This document shows positions 9,153 to 18,659 of a DNA stretch of 64,000 nt, one piece after another. Every line of letters begins with the position of its first letter. The first letter of the stretch is position 1. The position numbers and the translations under genes were made by a program. The notes beneath the pieces were generated by a model. The model was not told the origin of the DNA, made no database searches, and saw nothing but the letters and a program-made list of their open reading frames with translations. The stretch comes from Bacillota bacterium. Lineage in GTDB: Bacteria; Bacillota; UBA994; UBA5500. The stretch is from assembly GCA_023436245.1 (NCBI GenBank), contig JAEZJZ010000020.1, positions 29,433 through 93,432 on the forward strand. The letters are read 5' to 3'.

Positions 9153-9854
9153 TCACCCCCGGTAATAGCGGATAAACGCTTGATTTACGTCGCCGTACAA
9201 CCGGCGCGAGAGCGGCACCTTTGTGTCGTTGTCCAGCACCACATCGTTCTTGGTGATGGACTTGACGGCTTGCAGGTTCACCAGATACGAACGGTGACAG
9301 CGGATGAACGCATCCGAAAGCAGCGCCTGCGCCTCCCCGATGCTGGCCCTGACGGCATGTTTCCCCTGCCGCGTATGTACCTCCACCGCGTGAACAAAGG
9401 CCTCGAGGTAGAAGATGTCTTCCTCATAGATCCGCAGGACGCCGTCCGCCGCATCAAACAGCACCGAGCGCCGCGCCCTGGTCATGTTTTCTCGCGCCCG
9501 ATCCAGCAAGCTGAACAACTTTGCTTCGCTCACCGGCTTCATGATGTAATGCAGAGCCGCCACCTCGTAGCCTTCCGCCATATGATCCGGAAAACCGGTG
9601 ACAAACGCCAGTTGTAGCCGCTCGCCTTGACCGCGCAACTCTCTGGCCAGCGAGACACCATCCATGCCGCCCATCTGGATGTCCAGCAGCAGCAGGTCAA
9701 ACCCCTTGTCCGCTTCATAGGCAAAGAGAAACGCCTCCGCGCTGGCAAACCCGGCGACAGTCAGCCACACTCCCCGCGCCTCTGCCCATGCATCCACCAA
9801 CCGCCGCAAATAGGCGATCTGAGCGGGCTCGTCGTCACAAATGGCAATCCGCAT
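9153..9854 (-). CDS. LytTR-family response regulator (REC + LytTR DNA-binding)
   Basis: MRIAICDDEP...LLLDIQMGGMDG receiver, then a C-terminal LytTR domain (FIRCHRSYLVNLQAVKSI). ATG 9854 follows GGGAG. Confidence 0.8.
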   Translation of the reverse strand: MRIAICDDEPAQIAYLRRLVDAWAEARGVWLTVAGFASAEAFLFAYEADKGFDLLLLDIQMGGMDGVSLARELRGQGERLQLAFVTGFPDHMAEGYEVAALHYIMKPVSEAKLFSLLDRARENMTRARRSVLFDAADGVLRIYEEDIFYLEAFVHAVEVHTRQGKHAVRASIGEAQALLSDAFIRCHRSYLVNLQAVKSITKNDVVLDNDTKVPLSRRLYGDVNQAFIRYYRG

Positions 9855-10111
9855 ATCCACTCGCACCACTCCCTTGGGTCGGGGAAGTCGCCCCCTGCTC
9901 CAACATCCATCATCACTGTGATTGTCTCCGAATGCCACCCTATCGGTCAACTGGCGTCGGTGCAAATGCGAGAATCATTCCCACTGTGACTGCCTTCATG
10001 ACCCGAATGCCACCTTTCCCTACTGTTCGGACAGCTGCAACTCGGGGTTTTGGCGTAGATGTGATTGGGCGTTGCTAGGTTCCGCTGTTGCTCATCCCAG
10101 TATGCCCAAGT

Positions 10112-10145
10112 AGCAGAAGGCCTCCGGTCACCCGGAGGCCTTCTG
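10112..10145. terminator. Perfect palindrome AGAAGGCCTCCGG-gtcacc-CGGAGGCCTTCT (bidirectional terminator-like hairpin)
   Basis: 13-bp arms. Located about 100 bp downstream of the APH-family gene stop (10249). Confidence 0.5.
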
Positions 10146-10248
10146 CTCGACATCAATACACTGCTACGCCGGCAATCTGCTTAAAGTGGCCGCCATCCGG
10201 CCCATCTGCTCAAGCACACAGGCTGCAGTAGCTGCTTCCGTCGTATTG

Positions 10249-11220
10249 TCAATGACCCAGACCTTCACCCGAGAGGTATCGGCTGTTGGGAGGATGCCTG
10301 CGGATGAACTGTTCCAACAAGTCCCGCATTTTCTTCGCCATCGGCGCCGGCAAACCCCATCCAGAAAGCTTGGGGGCCGCACGTAAGGCCACCCAAAGAT
10401 CCCACCAGGGAAGCTGAGAGCAGTCAACTGCCGTCAACGAACAGTATAGCGCGGTGAAATCAGCCATCGCCTGCTGACCAAATGCCCACAGCACCTCCAA
10501 GCGGGTGTTGGCCAAATCCGCCAGCGGATCGCCCAGTTTAGCATCCTCCCAATCGATCACCCCGGTCAGCTCCCCCTCCTGCCAGAGCAGATTACCGGGC
10601 CAATAATCCCCGTGCAGCAGCACTGTGCTATTCCTCAGTACGGGGGGGTATCCTGCTTGCAGCATCTCCCAGGCATGCCTTTGCTCCGCGGATTGGGCGA
10701 GCTGGGCGGCAAACCCAGCGGATACTCGACCGACCTGTGTGGGCAGGAAACCCAAGTCGCGGATGTCGACTGCATGTACTCTGGCCAATTGCTCAGCCAT
10801 CTGACGGACGTAGTCGTCCAGATCGGTGGGGGCAAATTCCGTCATGCCTGCGATATATTCCACCACAAGGTATGGCGTGGGCCACAGTTTACACGATTGA
10901 TCCAAATAACGCGGCCGTGGTGCCGCGACGCCGGCCGTCTGCAAGACCTGCAGCAACTCGAACTCATCCGCTGCAATCTGCGGGTTGTTTCGGCGATCGG
11001 CTTCGCCGTGCCGCCGCACGATCAGCTTGCAGGTACTGCCGTCCAGCCTTGACAGTTCCAGCGCCGTCACCTCCGCCGACACGCCGCCGTGCAACGGCCA
11101 GACCCGCAGCAACTTGCTTCTGGGCTCCATCCGCTGCACCAGCTGCACAAACTTCTCCATCTCGGCTATACCCAAGGCAATCACCTCTTTCAGCCCTGAC
11201 GTTACTTGAGCGAAGACCAT
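10249..11220 (-). CDS. Phosphotransferase-family kinase (APH / choline-kinase fold)
   Basis: Brenner/catalytic motifs LLHGDYWPGNLLW...GVIDWEDAKLGDPLADL. Confidence 0.7.
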   Translation of the reverse strand: MVFAQVTSGLKEVIALGIAEMEKFVQLVQRMEPRSKLLRVWPLHGGVSAEVTALELSRLDGSTCKLIVRRHGEADRRNNPQIAADEFELLQVLQTAGVAAPRPRYLDQSCKLWPTPYLVVEYIAGMTEFAPTDLDDYVRQMAEQLARVHAVDIRDLGFLPTQVGRVSAGFAAQLAQSAEQRHAWEMLQAGYPPVLRNSTVLLHGDYWPGNLLWQEGELTGVIDWEDAKLGDPLADLANTRLEVLWAFGQQAMADFTALYCSLTAVDCSQLPWWDLWVALRAAPKLSGWGLPAPMAKKMRDLLEQFIRRHPPNSRYLSGEGLGH

Positions 11221-11224
11221 CTCT

Positions 11225-11502
11225 ACTTTTGCCAGTTGCCTGTATCAGGAAGCAGTTATCCTCGGCGAGGGCACCCCTCTCCTTTCCCAGATAGTTTTCT
11301 GCTCCCGAAATCTCCTGAGGTGAACTGGCGTGTAGTCATTTCGCTTGTCAAGGGACCTCGTAGCTACACACGTTGCCAGGCAGTATCAGGGTGGGGGGCT
11401 CGGCGGTCAGAATGATCTTGACAGGTGCCAGCAAAATCAGACCGAGGATGAGAGAGAGTCGTAGCAGTTTCAGACTTCCTATCCAAAATGCCTTCCTCAC
11501 AT
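11225..11502 (-). pseudogene. Degenerate N-terminal fragment paralogous to the secreted protein 25558..27240
   Basis: Minus-strand translation MRKAFWIGSLKLLRLSLILGLILLAPVKIILTAEPPTLILPGNVCSYEVP*, then a frameshift. About 85% nucleotide identity to 27035-27190 (the region encoding ...PHTLIPPGNVYCYELSFDKRNDYN...). Stops and a 1-bp deletion are present. Confidence 0.6.
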
Positions 11503-11522
11503 GATGAAGTCGGACAGCTTGC

Positions 11523-12365
11523 CTATGATAGGGTCAGATACATCTCATGTTGCGAAATACGCTCCTCCACAAATTCCCGTTTGCGCAAGAAGCCTTCCAG
11601 CGAAGCGTTGTTGGGGGTGCTGGCGGAAACCTTGTTCAGGCCCAGGCGCGTAATTGCATGGGATAGCAGGGCTGAGGCAATGCCTTGATGTCTATGGTCG
11701 GGGTTCACCCAGAGTTGAAATAGCTTTCCTCTACGGCTGATGCAAAGATAGGCCAGCGGGGCCGCCTCACCGGCGACTCCATAGAATTGGACATCGTCAT
11801 TCTCTATGTATTCGAGGGTGTTTTGCCAGTTGATGTGTGTTTCTGGGTTCGCCGCCGCCCGCACCTGCCCAGCAGAGAATGGCCGAATTTCGATGCCCCA
11901 TTCTTCCCCGGCACCCAGTTCCTCGGGTCGATTATGAACGTAATACCTGAGGTCATACACCTTTTGGTAGCCCAGCCTCTTGTAGAAGGCGATGGCCGGC
12001 TCGTTGCCAGCAATTACCTCCAGAAAGAGCTGTTTGCATCGATTCTCTACGGCCTCGCGGCGATGCAGTTGATAGAGCGCGTGCCCGACTTGCCGTCTTC
12101 TGTACTCTGGGATAACGCACAAGCCACCGCACCGCATGGTGCGGATGCCCTCGTAATGGCGGATGCCCCCAAGGATCATTCCCACAGGCAAAGAGCCATC
12201 ATAGGCAATGAAGGAGTGCTCCAGCTGATTCCATGCTGGCTGGAAGAACCTCTCCGCGAACACTTGATAAGGAACATCCAGCTTCACTGTGTAGTCGGCA
12301 AAGCCAGACCGAAACGCTCGGTACAGGTCAGGCAGATTGTTGCACGAGCATCTCTCATAACGCAT
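11523..12365 (-). CDS. GNAT-family N-acetyltransferase (tandem GNAT folds)
   Basis: Acetyl-CoA binding motifs RRRQVGHALY and HRHQGIASALLSHA. ATG 12365 follows GGAGGGAGG. Confidence 0.7.
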   Translation of the reverse strand: MRYERCSCNNLPDLYRAFRSGFADYTVKLDVPYQVFAERFFQPAWNQLEHSFIAYDGSLPVGMILGGIRHYEGIRTMRCGGLCVIPEYRRRQVGHALYQLHRREAVENRCKQLFLEVIAGNEPAIAFYKRLGYQKVYDLRYYVHNRPEELGAGEEWGIEIRPFSAGQVRAAANPETHINWQNTLEYIENDDVQFYGVAGEAAPLAYLCISRRGKLFQLWVNPDHRHQGIASALLSHAITRLGLNKVSASTPNNASLEGFLRKREFVEERISQHEMYLTLS

Positions 12366-12496
12366 GACGTCTATTCCTCCCTCCACTTTCGGCGTCCCGC
12401 GCCGCAAGACCCATGTCCCGCCCTGTTTCCACCATTGATCACTTCATCCTAGTATCGGTCGAGAATGCCCAACAAACCGCTCTTGGTTCAATCGTT

Positions 12497-12961
12497 TCAT
12501 CTCCAAACGATAAGTACTCCAGTTCTTGTTTGTTCCACAACAGGGGCGTGATCACCTTCGTGCACGGCTACCTTCAGCATGCTCTCGTAGTCCTGGAAGG
12601 GCCCTGGGTTGCCCGGGGAAACCATCCGCAACTCGCTATCGCTCCAGGCCATACCCACGATGGACGAAGGTGCATCAGGACTGCCCATGGCCGCATGAAA
12701 CGCCTTCAGAGTTGGGTAACTCCTGACGGTGTACTCCCCTGTCTGCACCGGCTGCAAATCATCAATAATGCGTTGATAGTTTTCCTCCAGCACCGCCAGC
12801 ACGTCCTTGGCCGCAGAGTTGTGACCCTTCGCATAGTAGACCACGAAGTTGGCCGAGTCCAGCATCTCAAATCTCGGCTCGACACTCGTCGCCATGCAGC
12901 CGGTGCCTAACAACGCGGGTATGATTGCGATCAACAAGAGACGCCTTAGTCGTGGCAGCAT
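12497..12961 (-). CDS. Hypothetical lipoprotein
   Basis: Signal peptide with lipobox MLPRLRRLLLIAIIPALLGTGC. RBS GGAGGTG. Confidence 0.55.
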   Translation of the reverse strand: MLPRLRRLLLIAIIPALLGTGCMATSVEPRFEMLDSANFVVYYAKGHNSAAKDVLAVLEENYQRIIDDLQPVQTGEYTVRSYPTLKAFHAAMGSPDAPSSIVGMAWSDSELRMVSPGNPGPFQDYESMLKVAVHEGDHAPVVEQTRTGVLIVWR

Positions 12962-13321
12962 AATCACCTCCCCTGTCTGCACAAACTTTAGACCACCCGT
13001 TCGCATCGACGATCTGCTTAGGAACATACCCGGAAGAACACTCCTCACTCATTTGATGAAGCATCGTCAGTGTTTATTCGCAGGCTCATGGTTCTGGAGT
13101 CAGCAACGTTGGCCCTGCCAAACAGGCATTGTGGACGGGGTGCAAAACGAAGCACGGACGCGCCGTGGTGAGAGGGAACAAGGAAAGGGGTTTGTCCCCC
13201 GTCCCAGTGATAACCTAACCTGGGTCCTAACCTTGGTTAGGTTTCTTCGCTTTCCTGGTTGATTATGATCACAGAGGGCTCAGGCACGAGCTCAAACTAC
13301 ACATCTTTGGGAGGTTACTTC

Positions 13322-14242
13322 ATGCTCAAACGTTTAGCAGCCCTAGCCCTCTGTCTGATGATCGCCATCTGCCTGTTCCCGCCAACCGGCCAGGTCAGCG
13401 CAGCCGCCCTCGACAACGAGGACATCGAATCCACAGCGTGTGACCCAGCATTGTTCGCGGAAGCCACTTTCATCGACCGCTGCAACACGGAATACGACTG
13501 GACTATCAGCAATCAGCTGTGGGATGACCAGGGCATGCCGGTCGGAATCTTTCAGGACAAATACTACACATTCATCCCCAATGAAACCAAGGTCTACCCA
13601 ATCATCAGCCGCCCGGATCTCTACGACACCTATCTGGTACTGTACAGCGCCAATGCTGACGGAGAGATCATCCAATTGGATGTGCCGACTAGCGAGATTG
13701 AACAATCAAATGGCGTCTGGGACTACATCCTCGAACCAGAACTGACTGCCGGACAAACCTACTACATTCGGGTATCATCTATCGAGGGCGGAGACGGGAT
13801 CATCACCGTGCTGGAAGAGGCAGAAGACCAAGAACAGCCAGATAGTGCCACCGGGCCGCAAACAGCTTCCCTCACAACCAAGGTCGGCGAAGCTGGCTAT
13901 TCGTTCGGCGGGGAAACCAAAACCATGGCTGCCTGCTACCTGAAAAATGACGACACCATGATGCCGATTCGCATGCTGCAGGATTTAGGCGTCAGCTTTG
14001 CCTGGAATAGCGCCACGCAGACTGCCACCATGGTTTTCGGTGAGAACACAGTCCGCTTGACTGTCGGATCGAGCGAAGCGCTGGTCAATGGGGAGACTGC
14101 GGCAATCGTCGGCGCCAGTGGCAATCCGGTGGCGCCAGAGCTCGCTCCGGGCCGCACCATGATTCCGCTGCGCTTCGTCAGCCAGCAACTAGGGTTCCGA
14201 GTGAAGTGGGAACCCGGTCACCTAATTACCATCACCCGCTAG
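13322..14242 (+). CDS. Secreted protein with C-terminal copper-amine-oxidase-N-like (stalk) domain
   Basis: Signal peptide MLKRLAALALCLMIAICLFPP. C-terminal ...PIRMLQDLGVSFAWNS...TMIPLRFVSQQLGFRVKWEP matches the Cu_amine_oxidN1 pattern. RBS GGAGG. Confidence 0.6.
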   Translation: MLKRLAALALCLMIAICLFPPTGQVSAAALDNEDIESTACDPALFAEATFIDRCNTEYDWTISNQLWDDQGMPVGIFQDKYYTFIPNETKVYPIISRPDLYDTYLVLYSANADGEIIQLDVPTSEIEQSNGVWDYILEPELTAGQTYYIRVSSIEGGDGIITVLEEAEDQEQPDSATGPQTASLTTKVGEAGYSFGGETKTMAACYLKNDDTMMPIRMLQDLGVSFAWNSATQTATMVFGENTVRLTVGSSEALVNGETAAIVGASGNPVAPELAPGRTMIPLRFVSQQLGFRVKWEPGHLITITR

Positions 14243-14274
14243 CAATTGGCGCGCGGAAGCTCGGTCAGGAAAAT

Positions 14275-14301
14275 GGAACGAGGGGACTGGCCCCGCGTTC
14301 C
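14275..14301. terminator. Hairpin GGAACGAGGGGACtggCCCCGCGTTCC (repeat family B)
   Basis: Perfect 12-bp arms, 33 bp downstream of the stop at 14242. Confidence 0.55.
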
Positions 14302-14501
14302 ATTCTGATCGAGAAGATCAAGGAGACCCGTGACCAGCGTTTCATTCCGTTCCTGGAGGTCTGGAAAGCCGTCGCCTTCCGCAAGATCCAGGCGGCCCTG
14401 GAACTTGCCATCGGGGCTCTGAGCAACTGAGGCGGATGAAGCACTTGGGCGGCAAAATGGGTTTTCTGAGCAGCTCGGGCGTTCCAAGGGATGTCTCACC
14501 T

Positions 14502-15071
14502 TCACCCCCAGTGTGGCTCGCCCGACCCCGAGATGAAGTCAGCCACTTGGCATAGCCACACTATATGATCAGAACCCGCTCCCCAGTAATCCTTGGCCAC
14601 TACAAAGGGTGCCCCGAACTTGCGCAGCCAACGCTGCTGCGCGCGGCGGAAGCCGCTGTCCAGGCAGAATTGCGTTACGCCGGAGCGGGTGAGATGAATC
14701 ATCATCGCCCCAATCAGGGCCGACCCGATTCCCTGGTCTTGATGCCCGGGTAGGACATAAAGACTGCCCAGTTCCACCACCGAATGCAGTTGGCTACCGG
14801 CGCAGCGGCGGATATCTTCGTTGCACTGCCCAACGGAGACCGTGCCCACCACTGTTCCCTGCAACTTGGCAACCAGAAAGTGAGTTTCTGCAGCAGGTGC
14901 GAGGGAGGCTGCAAGCATCCTCTCCTTCTGCTCTACCTCGGCTTGAATGTCGGCCTGCAGATGGCCCAGTCCTTCCTTGTCAAAGGCGTCGGGAATGGCA
15001 GCAGCAAAGACGTGCGCGGCTGACGGCAGATCTGCAGCAGCAAGGTCTATGATCGATAGACCGGCAATCAC
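14502..15071 (-). CDS. GNAT-family N-acetyltransferase
   Basis: QDQGIGSALIGAMM acetyl-CoA motif. GTG 15071 sits 9 nt after AGGAGG. Confidence 0.6.
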   Translation of the reverse strand: MIAGLSIIDLAAADLPSAAHVFAAAIPDAFDKEGLGHLQADIQAEVEQKERMLAASLAPAAETHFLVAKLQGTVVGTVSVGQCNEDIRRCAGSQLHSVVELGSLYVLPGHQDQGIGSALIGAMMIHLTRSGVTQFCLDSGFRRAQQRWLRKFGAPFVVAKDYWGAGSDHIVWLCQVADFISGSGEPHWG

Positions 15072-15147
15072 GGTGACCAACCTCCTTATGGGAAATTCTG
15101 GATGAAGTTCGGAGCAATCGCGGAGTGAGGAGCACGAGGGCAATCCG

Positions 15148-15250
15148 TCGGGTCGCATGCATGCGACCCCTACGGGCATACGGGCGGCTCAACGGCAACA
15201 CTGACGGGATTGGGCGGCTGCGCGACCCCTACGGGCATACGGGCGGCTCC
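15148..15250. repeat. Repeat family D: GTCGCATGCATGCGACCCCTACGGGCATACGGGCGGCTC with a tandem second unit
   Basis: The unit GCGACCCCTACGGGCATACGGGCGGCTC occurs twice here. Related elements at 21437-21605 and 57208-57385. Confidence 0.65.
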
Positions 15251-15256
15251 GCAGTT

Positions 15257-15631
15257 CTACGCCCGACCTAGCTGCGTGATGGCCCGGCACTTCAGGCAGA
15301 AGGTACACTCCACATTGTGCACTCGGTCCTGCGTCAGGCCGAAGTTGCGCAGTGCTTCCAGCACGGCGGCCAGCGCAGCGCCCGTCTTGCTAAGTGAGTA
15401 CTCCGCCCGAGGCGGAACCTCGGGGAAGACGGTTCTGCTCACCAGCCCGTCCTGCTCCATCTCCCGCAGTTGTTCAGTCAGCACCTTGGAGCTGACTTGG
15501 GGTATCTCCCGCGCCAGCTCGCCATAGCGAACTGGTCCCTGCGACAGTGCCTTGATGATCAGAATCTTCCACTTGCCGCTGATCATCGCCAAAGTCGCTT
15601 CGATGGGGCACATCGGTTTCTGTTCATCCAT
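15257..15631 (-). CDS. HxlR-family transcriptional regulator
   Basis: CPIEATLAMISGKWKILIIKALSQGPVRYGELAREIPQVSSKVLTEQLREMEQDGLV. Confidence 0.8.
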   Translation of the reverse strand: MDEQKPMCPIEATLAMISGKWKILIIKALSQGPVRYGELAREIPQVSSKVLTEQLREMEQDGLVSRTVFPEVPPRAEYSLSKTGAALAAVLEALRNFGLTQDRVHNVECTFCLKCRAITQLGRA

Positions 15632-15736
15632 CAAATCCCCTCCCACTGGAGCCGACAATTACCTCTTCGTAAGCATGCTTACAAAAAAGTGCCTACTTGC
15701 AGAACTATTGTCAAGCAGATATTATCCTCTTGGAAT

Positions 15737-15763
15737 GGAACGTGGGGACTGTCCCCTCGTTCC
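15737..15763. promoter_or_regulatory. Palindrome GGAACGTGGGGACtGTCCCCTCGTTCC (family B) immediately upstream of the racemase RBS, in the hxlR-racemase divergent region
   Basis: Perfect 13-bp arms. Ends 9 nt before GGAGGTG and the ATG at 15786. Position suggests an operator rather than a terminator. Confidence 0.4.
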
Positions 15764-15785
15764 ATCCTCACGGAGGTGCTGATTC

Positions 15786-16478
15786 ATGAAAAAGGTTGGT
15801 TTGGTCGGTGGCATCGGCCCGGCATCAACTCTGGACTATTACCGTGGTATCATCGAAGGTTATCGCGCACGAACAGGCGGCAATAATTATCCGTTCATCC
15901 TCATTGACAGCCTGAACTTGACAGAGATGTATGACTTGGTCGACAGCAAGCAGTGGCAGCCGTTTACCACTAAGCTGGTTGACTCGATCAACTCCCTAGC
16001 CGCCGGGGGAGCGGAGTTCGCCGCCATGGCCGCTAATACCGCTCACATAGTCTTCGACGAAGTGCGCCGTCAGTCCCCCTTGCCGGTGCTCAGCATCGTG
16101 GAGGAGACCTGCAAGCGGGCAAAGGCGCAGGACTGCCATCGGGTGATCGTCTTCGGCACCGCCTTCACCATGAGCAGCAATCTGTATACCGCCGCCTTCG
16201 CCAAATACGGCATCGAGGCCTTTGTCCCAACGGAGGCGGAGCAACAGGCGATTCACGGGATTATCTTCCCGCACTTGCAGGAGGGTATCGTCCTGCCAGA
16301 GGAAAAGCAGACGATGCTAGCCATCGCCCAGCGGATGATCGCCGATCACCAGTCCGACGGTTTGATCCTCGGCTGCACTGAACTGCCGCTGATCATTCAG
16401 CCCGGCGACCTGAACGTGCCCCTGCTGAACACGACGCAGATTCACATCGATGCCATAGTGGCGCATCTACTCGCCTAG
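15786..16478 (+). CDS. Aspartate/glutamate/hydantoin racemase family protein
   Basis: MKKVGLVGGIGPASTLDYY...ILGCTELPL, with a conserved Cys pair. Confidence 0.8.
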   Translation: MKKVGLVGGIGPASTLDYYRGIIEGYRARTGGNNYPFILIDSLNLTEMYDLVDSKQWQPFTTKLVDSINSLAAGGAEFAAMAANTAHIVFDEVRRQSPLPVLSIVEETCKRAKAQDCHRVIVFGTAFTMSSNLYTAAFAKYGIEAFVPTEAEQQAIHGIIFPHLQEGIVLPEEKQTMLAIAQRMIADHQSDGLILGCTELPLIIQPGDLNVPLLNTTQIHIDAIVAHLLA

Positions 16479-16596
16479 CCCAGAGAGCTTACCGGTTCAA
16501 GCATTGTCACCAAACCAGAAGCGACAACAAGCGTGCTGAATCTCGGACAAGACCCCCATGATTGCTAATCACAATCTACGATGAAAGCTCAAGCCG

Positions 16597-16649
16597 GTCA
16601 TCCTGAGCGCACGCGAAGGATCCAGATTCTTCGCTGCGCTCGGAATGAC
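16597..16649. repeat. Repeat family C, compact copy (GTCATCCTGAGCGCACGCGAAGGATCCAGATTCTTCGCTGCGCTCGGAATGAC)
   Basis: Nested hairpin. Followed at 16655-16684 by the palindrome GAGACGAAGGGtctggCCCTTCGTCTC, which lies between two convergent genes. Confidence 0.65.
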
Positions 16650-16709
16650 ACTGAATGAGACGAAGGGTCTGGCCCTTCGTCTCATCCGACGGACTTTCTA
16701 GGAAAGGGG

Positions 16710-17669
16710 CTAGGCTTCCGGCAAGGTTTTGCCGGTGAGCGACCAATCATAGCTGCCGGTGACTTTCACGCTCCGTTTGCCGTCCTTTAAACCAAACTCG
16801 AAGCCAATCGGGAATGAGAGCGCCTCGAACCGGTCGCCGCCCATCGGAATCAAGCGCATGTTGGACCACCAGGACAACTGACAGTAGAGCACACCGGCTA
16901 CCGCCTTGAAGGTAATGGCCCGCTCACTGCCCGGCTCCACCAGGTAGCGCCCAACATACCGTTCAGGGTCAATGGCGATAGCTTCCGGCTGCGCCTGGTA
17001 GGACAGGCCCAAGTACTCGGTCAAGCGCCGCAGATGACGTTCCCATGCTCCGTCAGACGTGACCAGCTTGATCTTGTTACCTTGATAGCGCTCGAACATC
17101 GCGTCGGAAATCGCTTGGTATTCATCCCACATGGCATAGATGCTCGCCTCACCTTGGTACTCGCGCTTGGCGAAGTAACCGAAGCTGGCCGGATCAAGAA
17201 CCAGGCGCTGCCAGCTCTCGCCGCGCACTCGGAACGCTCGCTGCAATGTGGCCCTGACGTCGGCCTGCTGCAGGAACACCACAGTGGGATTCAGGCGAGA
17301 CGTGATCGCCATCACCTGATCGTAGAACTCGCGGATGCGCTCGAGCGGATAATCCGCATCGAAGAAGTAACGAATGATGTTGGAGTAGAGACAGCCCTCC
17401 ATGATGTACACCCGGCCCGACTGCTCAATCTCAGCAGTTAGCCTGGCCCATCTGGCGTACATGTCGGCCACATTTGCCGCCATGCCCTCGGCTGAATGCA
17501 GCGAGCCCGCCGTGAACTCGCCCTCCCGAATGGGGTGCCGCTCAACTTCCTCGTGCAACCAGAGGTGCGGTATGCCGTTGCCTTGGAACTGCCTGGCGAG
17601 CTGCTGAGCGGTCGTGGACTTGCCGGAGCCGCTCATTCCGGTGATCATGATCAACTTAGTGTCGCGCAT
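16710..17669 (-). CDS. P-loop NTPase / kinase-like protein of unknown function
   Basis: Walker A ITGMSGSGKST. No other motif recognised. RBS GGGAGGG. Confidence 0.5.
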   Translation of the reverse strand: MRDTKLIMITGMSGSGKSTTAQQLARQFQGNGIPHLWLHEEVERHPIREGEFTAGSLHSAEGMAANVADMYARWARLTAEIEQSGRVYIMEGCLYSNIIRYFFDADYPLERIREFYDQVMAITSRLNPTVVFLQQADVRATLQRAFRVRGESWQRLVLDPASFGYFAKREYQGEASIYAMWDEYQAISDAMFERYQGNKIKLVTSDGAWERHLRRLTEYLGLSYQAQPEAIAIDPERYVGRYLVEPGSERAITFKAVAGVLYCQLSWWSNMRLIPMGGDRFEALSFPIGFEFGLKDGKRSVKVTGSYDWSLTGKTLPEA

Positions 17670-17778
17670 GTATATCCCTCCCAGTCCTGCCTAGGGCCAG
17701 TATATTGGGCCCCACTGGGCTGAACAAGTGCCGTGTTTGGTTCAGAGCCATTCTCTGCTAGCGCGGTCACCGGAGCGG

Positions 17779-18468
17779 CTACTCCATCGCCTGCAATGCC
17801 GCTTGCCGGGCGTGAAGGTAGCAGGTATCAAACAGCTGAATGGGGGCGTCGCCCTGCTTCACCAAGAGTCCGATTTCCGTGCACCCAAGGATGACCGCTT
17901 CCGCGCCTTGTCGCTGCAATCTCTCAATAATCTGCAGATACTGACGCTTGGACTCTGCCTTGATCTTCCCCAGACAGAGCTCTCCGTAGATTACGTCATG
18001 CACCAGTTGCCGATCGGCTTGGTCTGGAATGACCACCCTGAGGCCATGACTCTCCAGCCTACCACGATAGAACTCCTGTTCCATGGTGAACCGCGTCCCC
18101 AGCAGGGCTACCGTGTTAACCCCAGCGTTTCGCAAGGCTCCTGCTGTCACATCAGCGATGTGCAGCACGGGAATCTGCACGGCCTCTGCAATCTGGCGGA
18201 CCACCTTATGCATTGTGTTGGTGCAGAGCACGATGAAGTCTGCCCCGGCCTGTTCCAATGCTGCTGCGGCCTGAGCCATCATCTCCCCACTGCGCTCCCA
18301 TTCCCCTCGGGCCTGCAACATTTCCACCTCGTGAAAATCCACACTGTAGAGGATGCACTTCGCTGAGTGGAAGCCGCCCAGCACTTCCTTCACTGTCTCG
18401 TTGATCACCCGATAGTACTCCAGCGAACTCTCCCAGCTCATGCCACCGATTAGGCCGATGGTCTTCAT
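17779..18468 (-). CDS. Aspartate racemase family protein (paralog of 15786..16478)
   Basis: MKTIGLIGGMSWESSLEYY...ILGCTEIGLL. RBS GGAGGAGTG. Confidence 0.8.
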   Translation of the reverse strand: MKTIGLIGGMSWESSLEYYRVINETVKEVLGGFHSAKCILYSVDFHEVEMLQARGEWERSGEMMAQAAAALEQAGADFIVLCTNTMHKVVRQIAEAVQIPVLHIADVTAGALRNAGVNTVALLGTRFTMEQEFYRGRLESHGLRVVIPDQADRQLVHDVIYGELCLGKIKAESKRQYLQIIERLQRQGAEAVILGCTEIGLLVKQGDAPIQLFDTCYLHARQAALQAME

Positions 18469-18659
18469 AGTCGATCACTCCTCCAAACGCATTATGAAGA
18501 AACCCCTCGCATGACGAGGGCGACTCCCTCTCCACTCTGTGGACATGAGCTCAACGCCACCGATAGAATTGAGTGCCGCGACCTCTTGCGATTACCCAAG
18601 TGATTACAGGCTGCCGAAATCCTGGCCACGCATATGCGCTGCAGCAATCTCCTTCTCGC

